Source of the DNA: an uncultured Acidobacteriota bacterium
GTDB taxonomy: Bacteria > Acidobacteriota > Terriglobia > Terriglobales > Acidobacteriaceae
Assembly (NCBI GenBank): GCA_963725945.1
Contig: CAVSAW010000023.1
Location: 16,867-80,866 of the forward strand
Direction: 5' to 3'
DNA length: 64,000 nt
The stretch's first letter is position 1. The number at the start of each line of letters is the position of its first letter. The position numbers and the translations under genes were made by a program. The notes beneath the pieces were generated by a model. The model worked only from the letters and a program-made list of their open reading frames with translations. It was not told where the DNA came from and did not search any database. Below are positions 10,352-21,638 of this stretch, one piece after another.

Positions 10352-11323
10352 GTGAGAGGTTTGATCCGCCGCTGTCTGCGGCTTAAGTTAATTGCCGCAC
10401 TGGGTGTCGCGTTGGCGCTGCCCGCACTCGCATTGCAGGTTGGAAGCGCGGGTTTGCAGCCCACTGAGACCGCCCTCTCCGCCGAGACTCACGATCAGGG
10501 CGGACGCACGCAGGCTATCCTCACCATCACAGTCACCGGCGAAGACGGACGGCCCGCCACCGGTGCCGCGGTCATCGAAGACGCCGGCAAGCCGCTGGCT
10601 GGCGTGGCGCTTGACGCCCATGGGCGTGCCACTTCCGTTCTTTCTCTGCTCCCCGGCAGCCACAACCTCACCGCCCGTTATGACGGCGACACCACCCACC
10701 AAGGCTCAATTTCGCAGGTTTCCCCGGTTCGCGCGCTCACCTCCGGGGCCCCTGACTTCTCCATCGCCGTTGCGCCTGCCACGCTCTCTCTTACCGCCGG
10801 CCAGTCGGGTTCAGTCGTCGCGTCCATCACGCCCATTAATGCCGCCTCGCTGACCGCTCCCATGTTCGTCACCCTCTCTTGCTCCGGATTGCCAGACCAG
10901 TCCGCCTGTACCTTTACGCCGGAGAACCTTGAAATCCAGCCCGGCGCCACTGCCGCGGTCATGAGCTCTATGGACGTTGCCACGGAGTCCGGATCTACCG
11001 CGCAAGGTTCGTTGACCGCGCTTTCCGGCTCGAATCAGGTGGCTTGGGCGGTGCTCGTGCCAGGTGCATTGGGCTTCGTGGGACTGGCCTTTGGCGCACG
11101 CCGGCGCAGCTGGCTCAGTCGCCTCTCGCTTCTGGCCCTTGTGGCCTTGGTCGCGACTTTGGGCACGACGGGCTGCAATCCTCGCTATAACTACGAACAC
11201 CATGGGCCTCCGCAAAACCTGCCCACCCCGCCTGGCACCTACACAATGACCGTCACTGCGCAGTCCAGCAACGGGATCACCGCTACGACGCATTCCACCA
11301 CCATGGTGCTCACCGTCAAGTAG
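10352..11323 (+). CDS. Secreted bacterial Ig-like domain protein with a C-terminal TM segment and GC motif; start approximate
   Basis: Signal peptide, GSHNLTARYDGD, PDFSIAVAP, TM-RRR-TM-GC, TPPGTYTMTVTA. Confidence 0.8.
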   Translation: MRGLIRRCLRLKLIAALGVALALPALALQVGSAGLQPTETALSAETHDQGGRTQAILTITVTGEDGRPATGAAVIEDAGKPLAGVALDAHGRATSVLSLLPGSHNLTARYDGDTTHQGSISQVSPVRALTSGAPDFSIAVAPATLSLTAGQSGSVVASITPINAASLTAPMFVTLSCSGLPDQSACTFTPENLEIQPGATAAVMSSMDVATESGSTAQGSLTALSGSNQVAWAVLVPGALGFVGLAFGARRRSWLSRLSLLALVALVATLGTTGCNPRYNYEHHGPPQNLPTPPGTYTMTVTAQSSNGITATTHSTTMVLTVK

Positions 11324-11346
11324 GCGGCGGTTGCCGAATGAATTCA

Positions 11347-13262
11347 TGAGCCGCCGGCATCCCCTCCCCGCGGAAGTCTACGCATTTGTAGAGCAGACGC
11401 CTGCAACGGTCCTTCTGGAGTGTTCCAGGCTCACGGCATCTGCATCCAGCAGCCGCCTTTTTACCGCGCCAAATCGCATTCTCTCTGCCCGGCAGCTCAA
11501 TGAGCTTCCCGAACTCTTTGCGCAGATTGAGAGCGCAACCGCCGCAGGCCACTTTGCTGCGGGCTTCTTCACCTATGAATGCGGTGAGGCCTTCGAGCCT
11601 ACCGTCAAGATGCGGACACGCAGCGAATCTGCACTCATACCGCAGACAAGTGATCAGCCCCTCGCTTGGTTCGGCATTTATGAGCGCGGTTATCGCTTTG
11701 ACCACACGGCCGGAGCATTTGCTGACGGTGATCCGCCGGGGCTGACTGGGAAAGGCTTGTCCGGTACACCGGAACCCGCAGACGTCTCGCATCAATTCAG
11801 CCCCCTCGCGACCACCCTCGGCATTTCTGAACAGCAATACACCGCAGACATCCGCACCATACATGAGTGGATTCGTGCCGGTGACGTTTATCAACTCAAT
11901 TTCACCTTTCCCATCCACACCCACGTCATCGGTAGCCCTGGGGCTTGCTATGCGCGCCTTCGCCACAGCCAACCGGTCGACTACGGCGCATTTCTCCATT
12001 GCTTGCCCGGCCGCCACATTCTCAGTTTCTCACCCGAGTTGTTCTTTCAGCTCGAAGAGCACGGCGCAACGCGGCGCATCATCACGCGGCCCATGAAGGG
12101 AACCGCGCCCCGTGGGCGCACCACCGCTGAAGACTGCCAAATTTCCGAGTGGCTGCGCAACGATGAGAAGAACCGTAGCGAAAACGTAATGATCGTCGAC
12201 CTGCTCCGCAACGATTTGGGGCGGCTCTGCGAATTCAGCAGCGTGCGCGTCGAAGATCTCTTCGCGGTCGAGCGCTACCCGACACTTTGGCAGATGACTT
12301 CGACCGTCAGCGGTGAACTGCGCCGTGATGTAGGTTTCCGCGATATCTTCCGCGCGCTCTTCCCCTGTGGCTCCATCACCGGCGCGCCCAAGGTACGGGC
12401 TATGCAACTGCTGGCAAAAATCGAGCAGGGACCCCGCGGCATTTACACCGGCGCCATCGGCTACTTCTCGCGGGAGCAAACCATCCTTAACGTGGCCATT
12501 CGCACACTTGAAATCGAAGGCGAAGACGCAACGATGGGCGTGGGCAGCGGCATCGTCATCGATTCGGACCCCGCCGATGAGTTTCGCGAGTGCCGCTTGA
12601 AGTCGGAGTTTCTGTCGCGCGCAGAACAATCGTTCTCTCTGATTGAAACGATGCTTTGGGAAAACGGCTATCCATTGCTCGAGTTGCACCTCGACCGTCT
12701 CGCAGACTCAGCAGAATATTTTTCCTACGTCTGCGACCGCGCCTCGATTCGGTCATCGCTCCTCGCTACGGCTCAAGAATTCCGCGATCCAGCACCGCGC
12801 AGAGTCAGATTGCTCGTCGATTCGAGGGGCCGCGCGCATATCGAGCACTCAGTCCTTCACCGGGAAGCCGCAGAGGCCGCACCAGCACGCGTCCGCATTT
12901 CGCCCCAGCGAACAGACTCTCGAGACCGCATGCTCTTTCATAAAACGACGCAGCGGCCCCTTTACTCTGCCGCATTGAAAGCCGCGTCTGCAAATGGTCT
13001 TGTCGATGTACTGTTCCTGAATGAGCACACCCAAGTCACGGAAGGCGCCATCAGCAACGTATTCATTGAGAAAACCGGGCATTGGTCGACGCCGCCCATC
13101 GATTGCGGAGCGTTGCCTGGCGTTTACCGCCGCCACCTGCTCGAAACACGCTCCGATATCGACGAGAGGATCCTCACCATCTCCGATCTTCGCGATGCCG
13201 ATGCCGTCTACATCGCCAACGCCGTGCACGGTCTCCGTCGCGTCGCCGTTGATTGGGATTAA
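11347..13262 (+). CDS. pabB: Aminodeoxychorismate synthase component I fused to a class IV aminotransferase/ADC lyase domain
   Basis: GDVYQLN, SPELFF, PMKGT, ENVMIVDLLRNDL, FPCGSITGAPK; C-terminal HKTT.R, TEGAISN, GALPG. Confidence 0.9.
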
Positions 13263-13492
13263 ACGTTCTCACATACTTCTCACTGCAACCAAAGGACCAA
13301 CTCAATCTCCAACCGTGGATGGATGTGCGGATCATCTTTCCCCGTTAGTGTGATCGACGAGGTCGCGCAAGCAAACGACATAGGACTGAATGCCACAGAT
13401 GGAGCGCGCGTAAACAAGCATCCGTCTTGCGCGAAAGTGTGTCTAATCGCAACCTCGGATTCCAATTCCCCTTTCAAGAGAGGTCTTCACGC

Positions 13493-14617
13493 ATGCAACT
13501 CCTTCCAATAAAGAGCTACAGAAAAACTCAAACCCGCAACCGGAGCGCAGCCGCAAGGCTCGTCGTCTTGCTTGCGGCAATCCTTGCCATCAGCGCATCA
13601 AGCAGTCAGCTATGGGCGCAGGGCTGCATCCTTGCTCGCTCGCCCGAACAGGGCCTGCCCACCGGGCAGGGTGGAGTTCTTGAGCCTGGGCATTTTCAAA
13701 TCACGGTGGGAGAGCGCCACCAGTTCTCATATCAGCACTATGTGGGGGACGCATACCAGGAATATCGCGCACAGCAGAAAACGCAAGTTGAAAACAGGAT
13801 CAACCTCGTCACGCTGGATTTGACCTATCAATGGACGCCGAGGATCAGTTTCGAAATAGACGCGCCCTGGTTGTTCGCCACCCGCAAGAGCCAGAGTTCG
13901 CCGATCAAGTATGCCGCAACCGGCTTGGGCGATACCATCATCGGTGCCAACTTCTGGGTCCGCCAACCGGACCACGCCACCCGCAACAACTTCTCAGCCG
14001 GCCTTGGCCTGTTGATACCCACGGGCAACGACGATGTGCAGAATACTGTCAACACCAATACCAGCGGAACTGGTTCACCGGTTGAAGTCACCACGCCGGT
14101 GGATTACTCCATCCAGCCTGGAAACGGCGGCTGGGGCATGGTGATGCAATGGCAGGGATATCAGCGGATCAATAATTCGGTCACCTTCTACACCGACGGA
14201 GATTACATTGCGACCCAGGGCGGCACCAACGGCGTGAAGCGCGGCGCGACGCTCAGCACAACAACTCCGCTGGATAATTACGACGCCATCTCGGACCAGT
14301 ACCTGTTGGAAGGCGGCCTTGCCTTCCCTGTAACGTATGTGAAGGGTCTCAGCGCAACCGTGGGTCCGCGCGACGAGGGCGTTCCTGCCAAAAACCTGTT
14401 CCCCAACAGCAATGACGGTTTTCGCAGGCCGGGCTTTGCGGTCACTGTTGGACCGGGTGCGGAGTATGTGCATGGCTCAAATCTGTTTACCGCAGGTGTT
14501 TACAAAGCCATTCACCGCGACCGCACAGTAAGCTATCCTGACTCGGTCTACGGCACACACGGTGATGCCGCGTTCGCCCAGTATGTTTGGCTGGCCAGCT
14601 TAACGCACCGGTTCTAA
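13493..14617 (+). CDS. Secreted, probably outer-membrane beta-barrel hypothetical protein
   Basis: Signal peptide ending WAQ-GC, GLGD motif, amphipathic beta strands, terminal Phe. Confidence 0.7.
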   Translation: MQLLPIKSYRKTQTRNRSAAARLVVLLAAILAISASSSQLWAQGCILARSPEQGLPTGQGGVLEPGHFQITVGERHQFSYQHYVGDAYQEYRAQQKTQVENRINLVTLDLTYQWTPRISFEIDAPWLFATRKSQSSPIKYAATGLGDTIIGANFWVRQPDHATRNNFSAGLGLLIPTGNDDVQNTVNTNTSGTGSPVEVTTPVDYSIQPGNGGWGMVMQWQGYQRINNSVTFYTDGDYIATQGGTNGVKRGATLSTTTPLDNYDAISDQYLLEGGLAFPVTYVKGLSATVGPRDEGVPAKNLFPNSNDGFRRPGFAVTVGPGAEYVHGSNLFTAGVYKAIHRDRTVSYPDSVYGTHGDAAFAQYVWLASLTHRF

Positions 14618-14634
14618 AAATCAGTTTGAAATCC

Positions 14635-14672
14635 CGATACTCCATCGACGCCGCAACGCCGATGGAGTATCG
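14635..14672 (+). terminator. Hairpin between the barrel gene and tlpA
   Basis: CGATACTCCATCG...CGATGGAGTATCG 13-bp inverted repeat. Confidence 0.5.
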
Positions 14673-14725
14673 CGCATGTTGCCGTTCACTTTTGCTCCAA
14701 CGAGATTCACGCCAGGGGAAGCATC

Positions 14726-15253
14726 ATGAAATACTCTCTTCGCATCATCGCGGCCCTTCTTGTCTCATGCCTGATGCCGCTTGCGCAAGCCAAGCGCGCG
14801 CCCAATCTTGAATTCAAAGATCAGGCCGGCCATACCCACAAGGTCGCTGAGTTGCGCGGCTCCATCGTGGTTCTCAACTTCTGGGCCACGTGGTGCGGAC
14901 CGTGCCGCGAAGAACTGCCGATGCTCTCCAAGCTGACCCAGGAATATGCGCCCAAAAAAGTGCGATTCATCGCCGCCTCGGCGAACGAACCGAAAGACCG
15001 CGCCAAGGTCGATGAATTCGTCAGCAGCCACAAGCTCCCCATGGAAATTTGGCTCGGCGCCGATCTCAACATGCTCGACAGAGCCAACCTTGGCAATGAG
15101 CTTCCCGCCACGATGATTTTGGACGATCAGGGCGAAGTCATAACCCGCATTTTGGGTGAAGCGCGTGAAGAAGAAGTACGCGCGGCTCTCGACTGGGCGC
15201 TCGCCGGCAAGACCGGGCCGCCTCCGCCTCCGGTCACCAAGCATCTCCAGTGA
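14726..15253 (+). CDS. TlpA-family periplasmic thiol-disulfide reductase
   Basis: Signal peptide; NFWATWCGPCREELP. Confidence 0.92.
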   Translation: MKYSLRIIAALLVSCLMPLAQAKRAPNLEFKDQAGHTHKVAELRGSIVVLNFWATWCGPCREELPMLSKLTQEYAPKKVRFIAASANEPKDRAKVDEFVSSHKLPMEIWLGADLNMLDRANLGNELPATMILDDQGEVITRILGEAREEEVRAALDWALAGKTGPPPPPVTKHLQ

Positions 15254-15274
15254 CAGTCTCGGACACAGGAAGGC

Positions 15275-16318
15275 TTATTCCGGCTTCAGCACCACTTTTA
15301 TCGCTTCGCCGGACTGCAGCAGCTCCATCGCCTCCGCAAATTCGGCCAGCTTCAGCCGATGCGTAATTACCGGCTCCAGATCCAGTTTGCCCGCGGCCAG
15401 CAGCGCTTCCATCTGGAACCACGTCTCGAACATCTTGCGCCCGTTGATCCCTTGCACCGTCGCGCCCTTGAAAATAATGTCTCGGGCAAAATCCAACTCC
15501 ACTGGCCGCGAGGGTATCCCCAGCAACGAGGCGCGCCCGCCGGTACGCAGCAGCGCAAAACCCAGCGCCATGGCCGACTGAACACCCGACATCTCCAGCA
15601 GCACATCCACGCCGGTGCCGCCCGTGGCAGCCATAATCTGCTCTTCCACGTGATCCGTCACCGGATCCAACGCCAGGTCCGCGCCCATCTTTTTGGCCAC
15701 ACCGCGCCGGTGCGCGTTCACCTCAATGGCAAACACCTTAGCTGCTCCGCACGCCCTGGCCACGGCGATTGAAAACAGCCCAATGGCGCCGCATCCCGTC
15801 ACGGCCACTGTCTTCGCAGCGATCGTTCCCGCCAGCACGGTGTGTACAGCATTGCCCAGCGGATCGAGCAGCGAAGCATAGTCATGCGGAATGGCCGGTG
15901 ACAGCTTCCAGATATTCGTCTCCGGGATGATTGCGTAACTCGCGAAGGCCCCATCGGCGTCCACGCCCAGAATGCGCACATGTTGGCACACGTGGGCAAG
16001 GCCGGTGCGGCACTGCAGGCATTTGCCGCAGGCCACATGCATCTCCGCGCTTACCAGGTCGCCTTCTTTTACCGTGGTCACGCCACGGCCAACGCCGGCT
16101 ACCGCGCCCGCAAATTCATGTCCCGGAATCAGCGGCGGATGAATGCGTCCCTGCGCCCACGGATCCCAGTTATAGATGTGCAGATCGGTGCCGCACACGC
16201 TGGCCGCCGACACGCGCACCAGAACTTCGCCGGGGCCCGGCACGGGCACCGGAACCTCGCGAATCTCGACGCCGGGCGCAGCATGCGCCTTCACAACCGC
16301 CTGCATGATGCTCGGCAT
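15275..16318 (-). CDS. tdh: L-threonine 3-dehydrogenase
   Basis: CGTDLHIY.WD.WA, GHEF, SAEMHVACGKCLQCRTG..HVC, DPLGNAVHT. Confidence 0.92.
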   Translation of the reverse strand: MPSIMQAVVKAHAAPGVEIREVPVPVPGPGEVLVRVSAASVCGTDLHIYNWDPWAQGRIHPPLIPGHEFAGAVAGVGRGVTTVKEGDLVSAEMHVACGKCLQCRTGLAHVCQHVRILGVDADGAFASYAIIPETNIWKLSPAIPHDYASLLDPLGNAVHTVLAGTIAAKTVAVTGCGAIGLFSIAVARACGAAKVFAIEVNAHRRGVAKKMGADLALDPVTDHVEEQIMAATGGTGVDVLLEMSGVQSAMALGFALLRTGGRASLLGIPSRPVELDFARDIIFKGATVQGINGRKMFETWFQMEALLAAGKLDLEPVITHRLKLAEFAEAMELLQSGEAIKVVLKPE

Positions 16319-16461
16319 ACGGGGTAACCCTCCTGTCACAAGCAAACAATCCAGTCTATCAACAGCAACCGTCCACCAACTTGCAACGGTCCCATCAGCC
16401 AGCCAGCATCTTGCTCGTTGGCTACAACAGGGTGCTACTCTCCATCTAGTCGGGGCGAATC

Positions 16462-17205
16462 ATGGGACCTTTATTTGTGATTCTTTTCTGGGTTATCGCG
16501 GCAGGAATTCTCTCGGTATTTGGCGGGCTGCTTCTTGGATGGCTAGTGGCCTTCTTCCTACGCGAAGTTCCGACGGGGCGCAATCGGGCCATCATCATCG
16601 CTGGAGTATTACCCGCGGTGGGGTTCGCCTACCTTTTTGGATGCGTCCTGCTCTTCTCAATTTGGTCGGCCGCCCGCGGACGCGACTGGGGATGGGGCGA
16701 CACTTGGGACACTCCGATTCTAGGCTCGTACCACCTGATGATGATTGACGTCACCGATCAGGCAACGGTTTATAACCGAGCCGACACAAGGGTCTACAGC
16801 AATGGGTCCGTTGCCAGCGCGCCGGGAGATCCAGATGTCATTTTCGGCGTCCGTCGCCTTGAAGTTCGTCCCCCGTATCTTATCGGCGCCGCGTCGCCTG
16901 AGGCCTTCATGGAGTACCCGCTCAAGTCCCCGGAAACGCTCTTCTTCGTCCTTGATACGAGAAGCGGAGCAAGAAAAAATGAGACTTCACTCGATTTGCT
17001 TGAGAACGACGCTCGTCGAATCGGCGGACCGCTCAAACTCGAGTCTGTAAACACCGTTTATGGTCGCTATCGTTACGGTGGGGTCGATCTGTTTCCACTC
17101 ATTGCCTTCAGTGTTCCACCGTTGGCCATCCTCATGTGGTTGACGCGGGCAGTTCTGCGGCTGCGAGCAATTCGTCCAATGTTGACTTCTGATCCTCTAA
17201 AGTGA
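16462..17205 (+). CDS. Hypothetical membrane protein
   Basis: ATG ORF of 247 aa with N-terminal TM helices and a C-terminal TM helix. Confidence 0.65.
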   Translation: MGPLFVILFWVIAAGILSVFGGLLLGWLVAFFLREVPTGRNRAIIIAGVLPAVGFAYLFGCVLLFSIWSAARGRDWGWGDTWDTPILGSYHLMMIDVTDQATVYNRADTRVYSNGSVASAPGDPDVIFGVRRLEVRPPYLIGAASPEAFMEYPLKSPETLFFVLDTRSGARKNETSLDLLENDARRIGGPLKLESVNTVYGRYRYGGVDLFPLIAFSVPPLAILMWLTRAVLRLRAIRPMLTSDPLK

Positions 17206-17252
17206 AATCGCAGATACCGCTCCTGAAACATCACATCGAACGAAAGCCTTTT

Positions 17253-18611
17253 TCACCCCACCGCCGGCAGCCCCGCCAGCGCCATCGCAATCTCCTCCGC
17301 GGGATAGTCGTAGTTCTCCAGCTTCCCCGCCTGGTAGTCGATGTACGACTGCATGTCGAAGTGTCCATGCCCGCAGAGATTGAAGAGAATCGTCCGCCCC
17401 CTGCCCTCCTCCTTGCATTGCAGCGCCTCGCGAATCGCCCCCGCCACTGCATGATTCGCTTCCGGAGCGGGAATGATCCCCTCCGCGCGCGCAAATTGGA
17501 TTCCCGCGGCAAACGCATCCAGCTGCTGAATGCTCGTCGCCTCAATCAATCCTAGCTCCAGCACATGCGACACCAGCGGCGCCATGCCGTGGTAGCGCAG
17601 ACCGCCCGCGTGAATCCCCGGCGGAATAAACGTCGAGCCCAGCGTGTGCATCTTCACCAGTGGCGTCAGATGCCCCGTGTCGCCAAAGTCATACGCGAAC
17701 GGCCCCTTGGTCAGACTCGGACAAGCCGCCGGTTCCACGGCCACAACGCGCGCATTGCATTGCCCCTTGATCTTTTTGCCCAGGTAGGGCATCACAAGCC
17801 CTGCAAAATTGGATCCGCCCCCCGTGCAGCCGACAATCACGTCGGGCTCATCGCCGGCCAGCGCCATCTGCTCTATCGCTTCCAGACCAATCACCGTCTG
17901 ATGCAGCAGCACATGATTCAATACGCTTCCCAGCGCGTACTTGGTGCTGGGATCCTTCGCCGCCACTTCCACGGCCTCTGAAATCGCAATCCCCAGCGAC
18001 CCATTCGTATCCGGATGCGCGGCGAGGATCGCGCGCCCCGATTCTGTCTCAGTGCTCGGGCTCGCCGTTACGCTGGCCCCAAACGCCTCCATCAAAGCGC
18101 GGCGATATGGCTTCTGGTTAAAGCTCACCCGCACCATGAAAACCTTGCACTCCAGGCCGAAGAACGCGCACGCCATAGCCAGCGACGATCCCCACTGCCC
18201 CGCGCCCGTCTCTGTGGCCAAACGCTTCGTGCCTTCTACTTTGTTGTAGTAAGCTTGCGCGACGGCAGTGTTCGGCTTGTGCGATCCCGCGGGGCTCACG
18301 CCTTCGTATTTGTAATAAATCTTTGCCGGCGTTTCCAACGCTTTCTCCAGCCTCCGCGCGCGAAACAAGGGCGATGGCCGCCACTGCGCATAAACCTGCC
18401 GCACAGGGTCGGGAATTTCAATTTCCCGCTCCGTGCTTACCTCCTGCAGGATCAGCGCCATCGGAAACAGCGGCGCAAGATCCTCCGGCCCAATCGGCTT
18501 GAGCGTTCCCGGATGCAGCGGAGGCGCCATCGGCACCGGCAGATCGGCAAGAATGTTGTACCAGGCGCGGGGAATGCGGTCTTGCGGCAGGTTGAATTGG
18601 ATGGGATCCAT
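17253..18611 (-). CDS. trpB2: TrpB2 (TrpB-like PLP enzyme)
   Basis: [47 protein letters not shown]. Confidence 0.93.
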   Translation of the reverse strand: MDPIQFNLPQDRIPRAWYNILADLPVPMAPPLHPGTLKPIGPEDLAPLFPMALILQEVSTEREIEIPDPVRQVYAQWRPSPLFRARRLEKALETPAKIYYKYEGVSPAGSHKPNTAVAQAYYNKVEGTKRLATETGAGQWGSSLAMACAFFGLECKVFMVRVSFNQKPYRRALMEAFGASVTASPSTETESGRAILAAHPDTNGSLGIAISEAVEVAAKDPSTKYALGSVLNHVLLHQTVIGLEAIEQMALAGDEPDVIVGCTGGGSNFAGLVMPYLGKKIKGQCNARVVAVEPAACPSLTKGPFAYDFGDTGHLTPLVKMHTLGSTFIPPGIHAGGLRYHGMAPLVSHVLELGLIEATSIQQLDAFAAGIQFARAEGIIPAPEANHAVAGAIREALQCKEEGRGRTILFNLCGHGHFDMQSYIDYQAGKLENYDYPAEEIAMALAGLPAVG

Positions 18612-18931
18612 GCCAGAAATTCTAACAGCGGCGTGTCTTGTAACCGGGCCTCACTTGATTTGGGGCGCACATGCGGCCACATCGTCGCAGGCTTCAGCCC
18701 CTTAGGCAGGTTCTAGTCCTCACGCCATAGCCTCGGCCACACGATACGCTCTGTCCCGAATCAGTTGCGCGTCGAATCGCTGTACCGTGACCCGCGCACC
18801 TTCAGTCTGTACCTGTGGGTAGTCGCCGGCTTGCAACCCCCGCACCGAGGCCTCGATCATCCAGCGCAGCGCGGAGTGCCTTCCTCGGTCGCCGGGCGAA
18901 TGTTAAGTCCAAACCTCATTGGAGAACCAGG

Positions 18932-19309
18932 TCAGAGATTTCTGCCGGTCACAATCTTGAAGGCGCGCTCATACGATCCCAGGTCGAAAACGTTCTGGTA
19001 CCCGATGCTCTGCAGCCGCGCTTTCGCGGTTCGACTGCGCACTCCGCTCTGGCAGTGCAGCAGCAACACCTTGCTTTTGTCTTTTACTCTGTCACCCACC
19101 ATACCCTCGACCTCGTCGAGCGGCATGTTGTATGCCTGCGACAGATGGCCCGAGTTGAATTCCGGGGGAGTCCGCACGTCAATGATCAGTGCGCCCTTCT
19201 TCAACAGGTCCACAGCATCCTTCTTGGGGATGAGCCCGCTGCGCTTGTACATGATGTACAGCAATGCACAACCAATCGCGATTAGAAAGTAAGTCCAATT
19301 CATGCTCAT
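18932..19309 (-). CDS. Rhodanese-like domain protein with an N-terminal membrane anchor
   Basis: IIDVRTPPEF.SGH, LHCQSGVRS. Confidence 0.88.
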   Translation of the reverse strand: MSMNWTYFLIAIGCALLYIMYKRSGLIPKKDAVDLLKKGALIIDVRTPPEFNSGHLSQAYNMPLDEVEGMVGDRVKDKSKVLLLHCQSGVRSRTAKARLQSIGYQNVFDLGSYERAFKIVTGRNL

Positions 19310-19405
19310 GGCCGCGGTCCTATTTTACCAATCCCACTCATCCGATGTATCCAACTTTCTTTCGTCCGCTGCAGATTTCAGCCGCGTGAACAAACGATGA
19401 AAAAC

Positions 19406-21589
19406 TCAAGCCTTTGCCACCTCAACCAAGGTGGAGTAAAACGTCGCCCCCGCACCAATGTCGGTCAACTTCTCGCTGGTGAGGGCGTTCACGTTGGACC
19501 CATCCGCGTGGAGCTTGGCCCAGTCCAGTCGCGCCGCTACCACTCCTGCGGGCACGCTGTCACTCACCAGCGCCGTCAGCCGCAGGGCCCCTCGATCGTT
19601 CCACACTCTCACCGCATCGCCATCTGCAATCCCGCGCAGCCTCGCGTCGGCCGGGTGCATTTCAAGTTTTCCTCTGGTCCGCGCCTCCATCCTGCGATGC
19701 CCATCCAGATTCGCAAACGTGGAGTTCATGTAGTTGTCTGCCTTGTGCCCGAGAAACTCCAGCGGAAACCGCACGGCCCCTTCACCCCATCGCGATTCAG
19801 CGGGGGCGACAAAGCCCGGCAACGGGTCGAGACCCTGCGCCGCGAGTGCCTGGGAATAGAACTCAACTTTGCCTGAAGGAGTGGGCACTGTGCCTGATGA
19901 ATAGGGCATGAATGGCTCCGTCTCGGGTTTTCGATGAAACGCCAGCGGAATATGCCCCCGCTCCTCGAGATCCTCAAAGCGGATATGCTCCATCTCCGCG
20001 TTGGTCGAGTTCCCATTGAGCCCTATAGCCAGCGCCTGCCGGATTAACTGCTCCTCAGTGTCGCGGAAGCATGGCTCATTGAAGCCCATGTATTGCGCCA
20101 GTTGCCCAAAGAGCCATACATTCGATCGCGCCTCGCCCGGCGGCTCAATCGCCTGCCTCGAGAGCTGTACAAAGTAGTGTCCGTACGCGCCCTGAACATC
20201 GGTGTGCTCAAGAAAAGTCGTTGCCGGCAAAATGTAGTCCGCATAATCTGTCGTGTCGTTGAAGAAGAGATCATGAACCACCGTGAACAAATCGGCCCGC
20301 GCCAATCCGCGCCGCACTGCATTCTGGTTCGGCGCCACCGCCCCCGGATTCGAGTTGTACACGAATAGCGCGTGCACCGGCGGACCACCGCTCAATACAT
20401 CCTCGCCGGCATTCTCTTTTCCCTGATTCAGCGCCTGCCCGAGCGAGCACATATTCACCACCCGCGCCGGCCGTCCCAGCGGAGAGTCCAGCGCCAGATC
20501 AAGCCGCTCCAGTTCCCGCTTGTTCCACTTGAAAGCACCTGAGGTCGACAACTGCCCGCCTCCGCCGCGATATTTCCATGCTCCCGTGAGCGCCGGCAGC
20601 ATGGCGATCGCGCGGACTGTGGCGCCTCCGTTTTCGCCGCGCTGTACGCCATAATTCAGGCGCAGCGCCGCGGGCCGGGTGGTTGCATACTCTCGCGCCA
20701 GTTGTTCTACCTCGCTTGCCTTCATCCCCGTCCATGCCGCCACGCGCTCCGGCGTATACTCGCGCGCCCGCTCGGCAAGCCGCCCAAAGCCGTGCGTCAT
20801 CTCGCCGATGTACGCCCGATCTTCGAGCCCATCGCGCAAAATCACGTGCATCATCCCCAGCGCCAGCGCGGCATCAGTGCCCGGCCTGATTGCGATATGC
20901 CAATCCGCCAACGCTGCAGTGCGCGTCTTATAGGGATCGATCACAATCAGCCGCGCCCCGTTTCGCCGCGCCTGCACAACCATTGGCCAAAGGTGCACAT
21001 TGTTGCCGTGAATGTTCCCGCCCCAGGCCACGATCAGCTTTGCCAGGCGGAAATCCTCCGTCGGCGTGCCAAGCTTCTTTCCATACACCAGGTTCCACGC
21101 CACTCCGCCTGCTTCAGAGCAGATCGTCCGGTCAAGCTGGCTCCCGCCAAGCCGGTGAAAGAAGCGCCGATCCATCGACCCAAAACCCAGTACGCCGATC
21201 GTCCCCGCATAACTGTAAGGCAGAATCGATTCTGGCCCAAATGTGTCGCTGATCTGCTGCAGTTGTGCCGCAATCGCGCTCAGCGCCTCATCCCAGCTCA
21301 CACGCTCAAAGGCCTCTTGCTCGCGGCCTTTTGCCATCGGCCCTTTGGCCACGCCCGGCTTTCGTTTCAACGGATAGAGAATCCGGTCCGGCGCGTAGAC
21401 GCGATCCAGATACTTCGCTACCTTGGCGCATAAAAATCCTTGCGTCACTGGTTGCGATGGATCGCCCTCCACTTTGATTGCGCGGCCCTCTTCGTCCACC
21501 GTCACCAAAACGGCGCAACTGTCCGGGCAGTCATGCGAACAGACTGTATGTACGACGCGAAACGGGGAAGGTGTCGTAGCCACCGACAT
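19406..21589 (-). CDS. Molybdopterin-dependent oxidoreductase (DMSO reductase family)
   Basis: CSHDCPDSC Fe-S motif, LCAKV, RTICS, DYADYILPA and a C-terminal molybdopterin dinucleotide-binding domain. Confidence 0.9.
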   Translation of the reverse strand: MSVATTPSPFRVVHTVCSHDCPDSCAVLVTVDEEGRAIKVEGDPSQPVTQGFLCAKVAKYLDRVYAPDRILYPLKRKPGVAKGPMAKGREQEAFERVSWDEALSAIAAQLQQISDTFGPESILPYSYAGTIGVLGFGSMDRRFFHRLGGSQLDRTICSEAGGVAWNLVYGKKLGTPTEDFRLAKLIVAWGGNIHGNNVHLWPMVVQARRNGARLIVIDPYKTRTAALADWHIAIRPGTDAALALGMMHVILRDGLEDRAYIGEMTHGFGRLAERAREYTPERVAAWTGMKASEVEQLAREYATTRPAALRLNYGVQRGENGGATVRAIAMLPALTGAWKYRGGGGQLSTSGAFKWNKRELERLDLALDSPLGRPARVVNMCSLGQALNQGKENAGEDVLSGGPPVHALFVYNSNPGAVAPNQNAVRRGLARADLFTVVHDLFFNDTTDYADYILPATTFLEHTDVQGAYGHYFVQLSRQAIEPPGEARSNVWLFGQLAQYMGFNEPCFRDTEEQLIRQALAIGLNGNSTNAEMEHIRFEDLEERGHIPLAFHRKPETEPFMPYSSGTVPTPSGKVEFYSQALAAQGLDPLPGFVAPAESRWGEGAVRFPLEFLGHKADNYMNSTFANLDGHRRMEARTRGKLEMHPADARLRGIADGDAVRVWNDRGALRLTALVSDSVPAGVVAARLDWAKLHADGSNVNALTSEKLTDIGAGATFYSTLVEVAKA

Positions 21590-21638
21590 ACAGCCATTGT
21601 AAGCTGAACGCGTACGCACGCACCCCGGAGGCCCGCCA

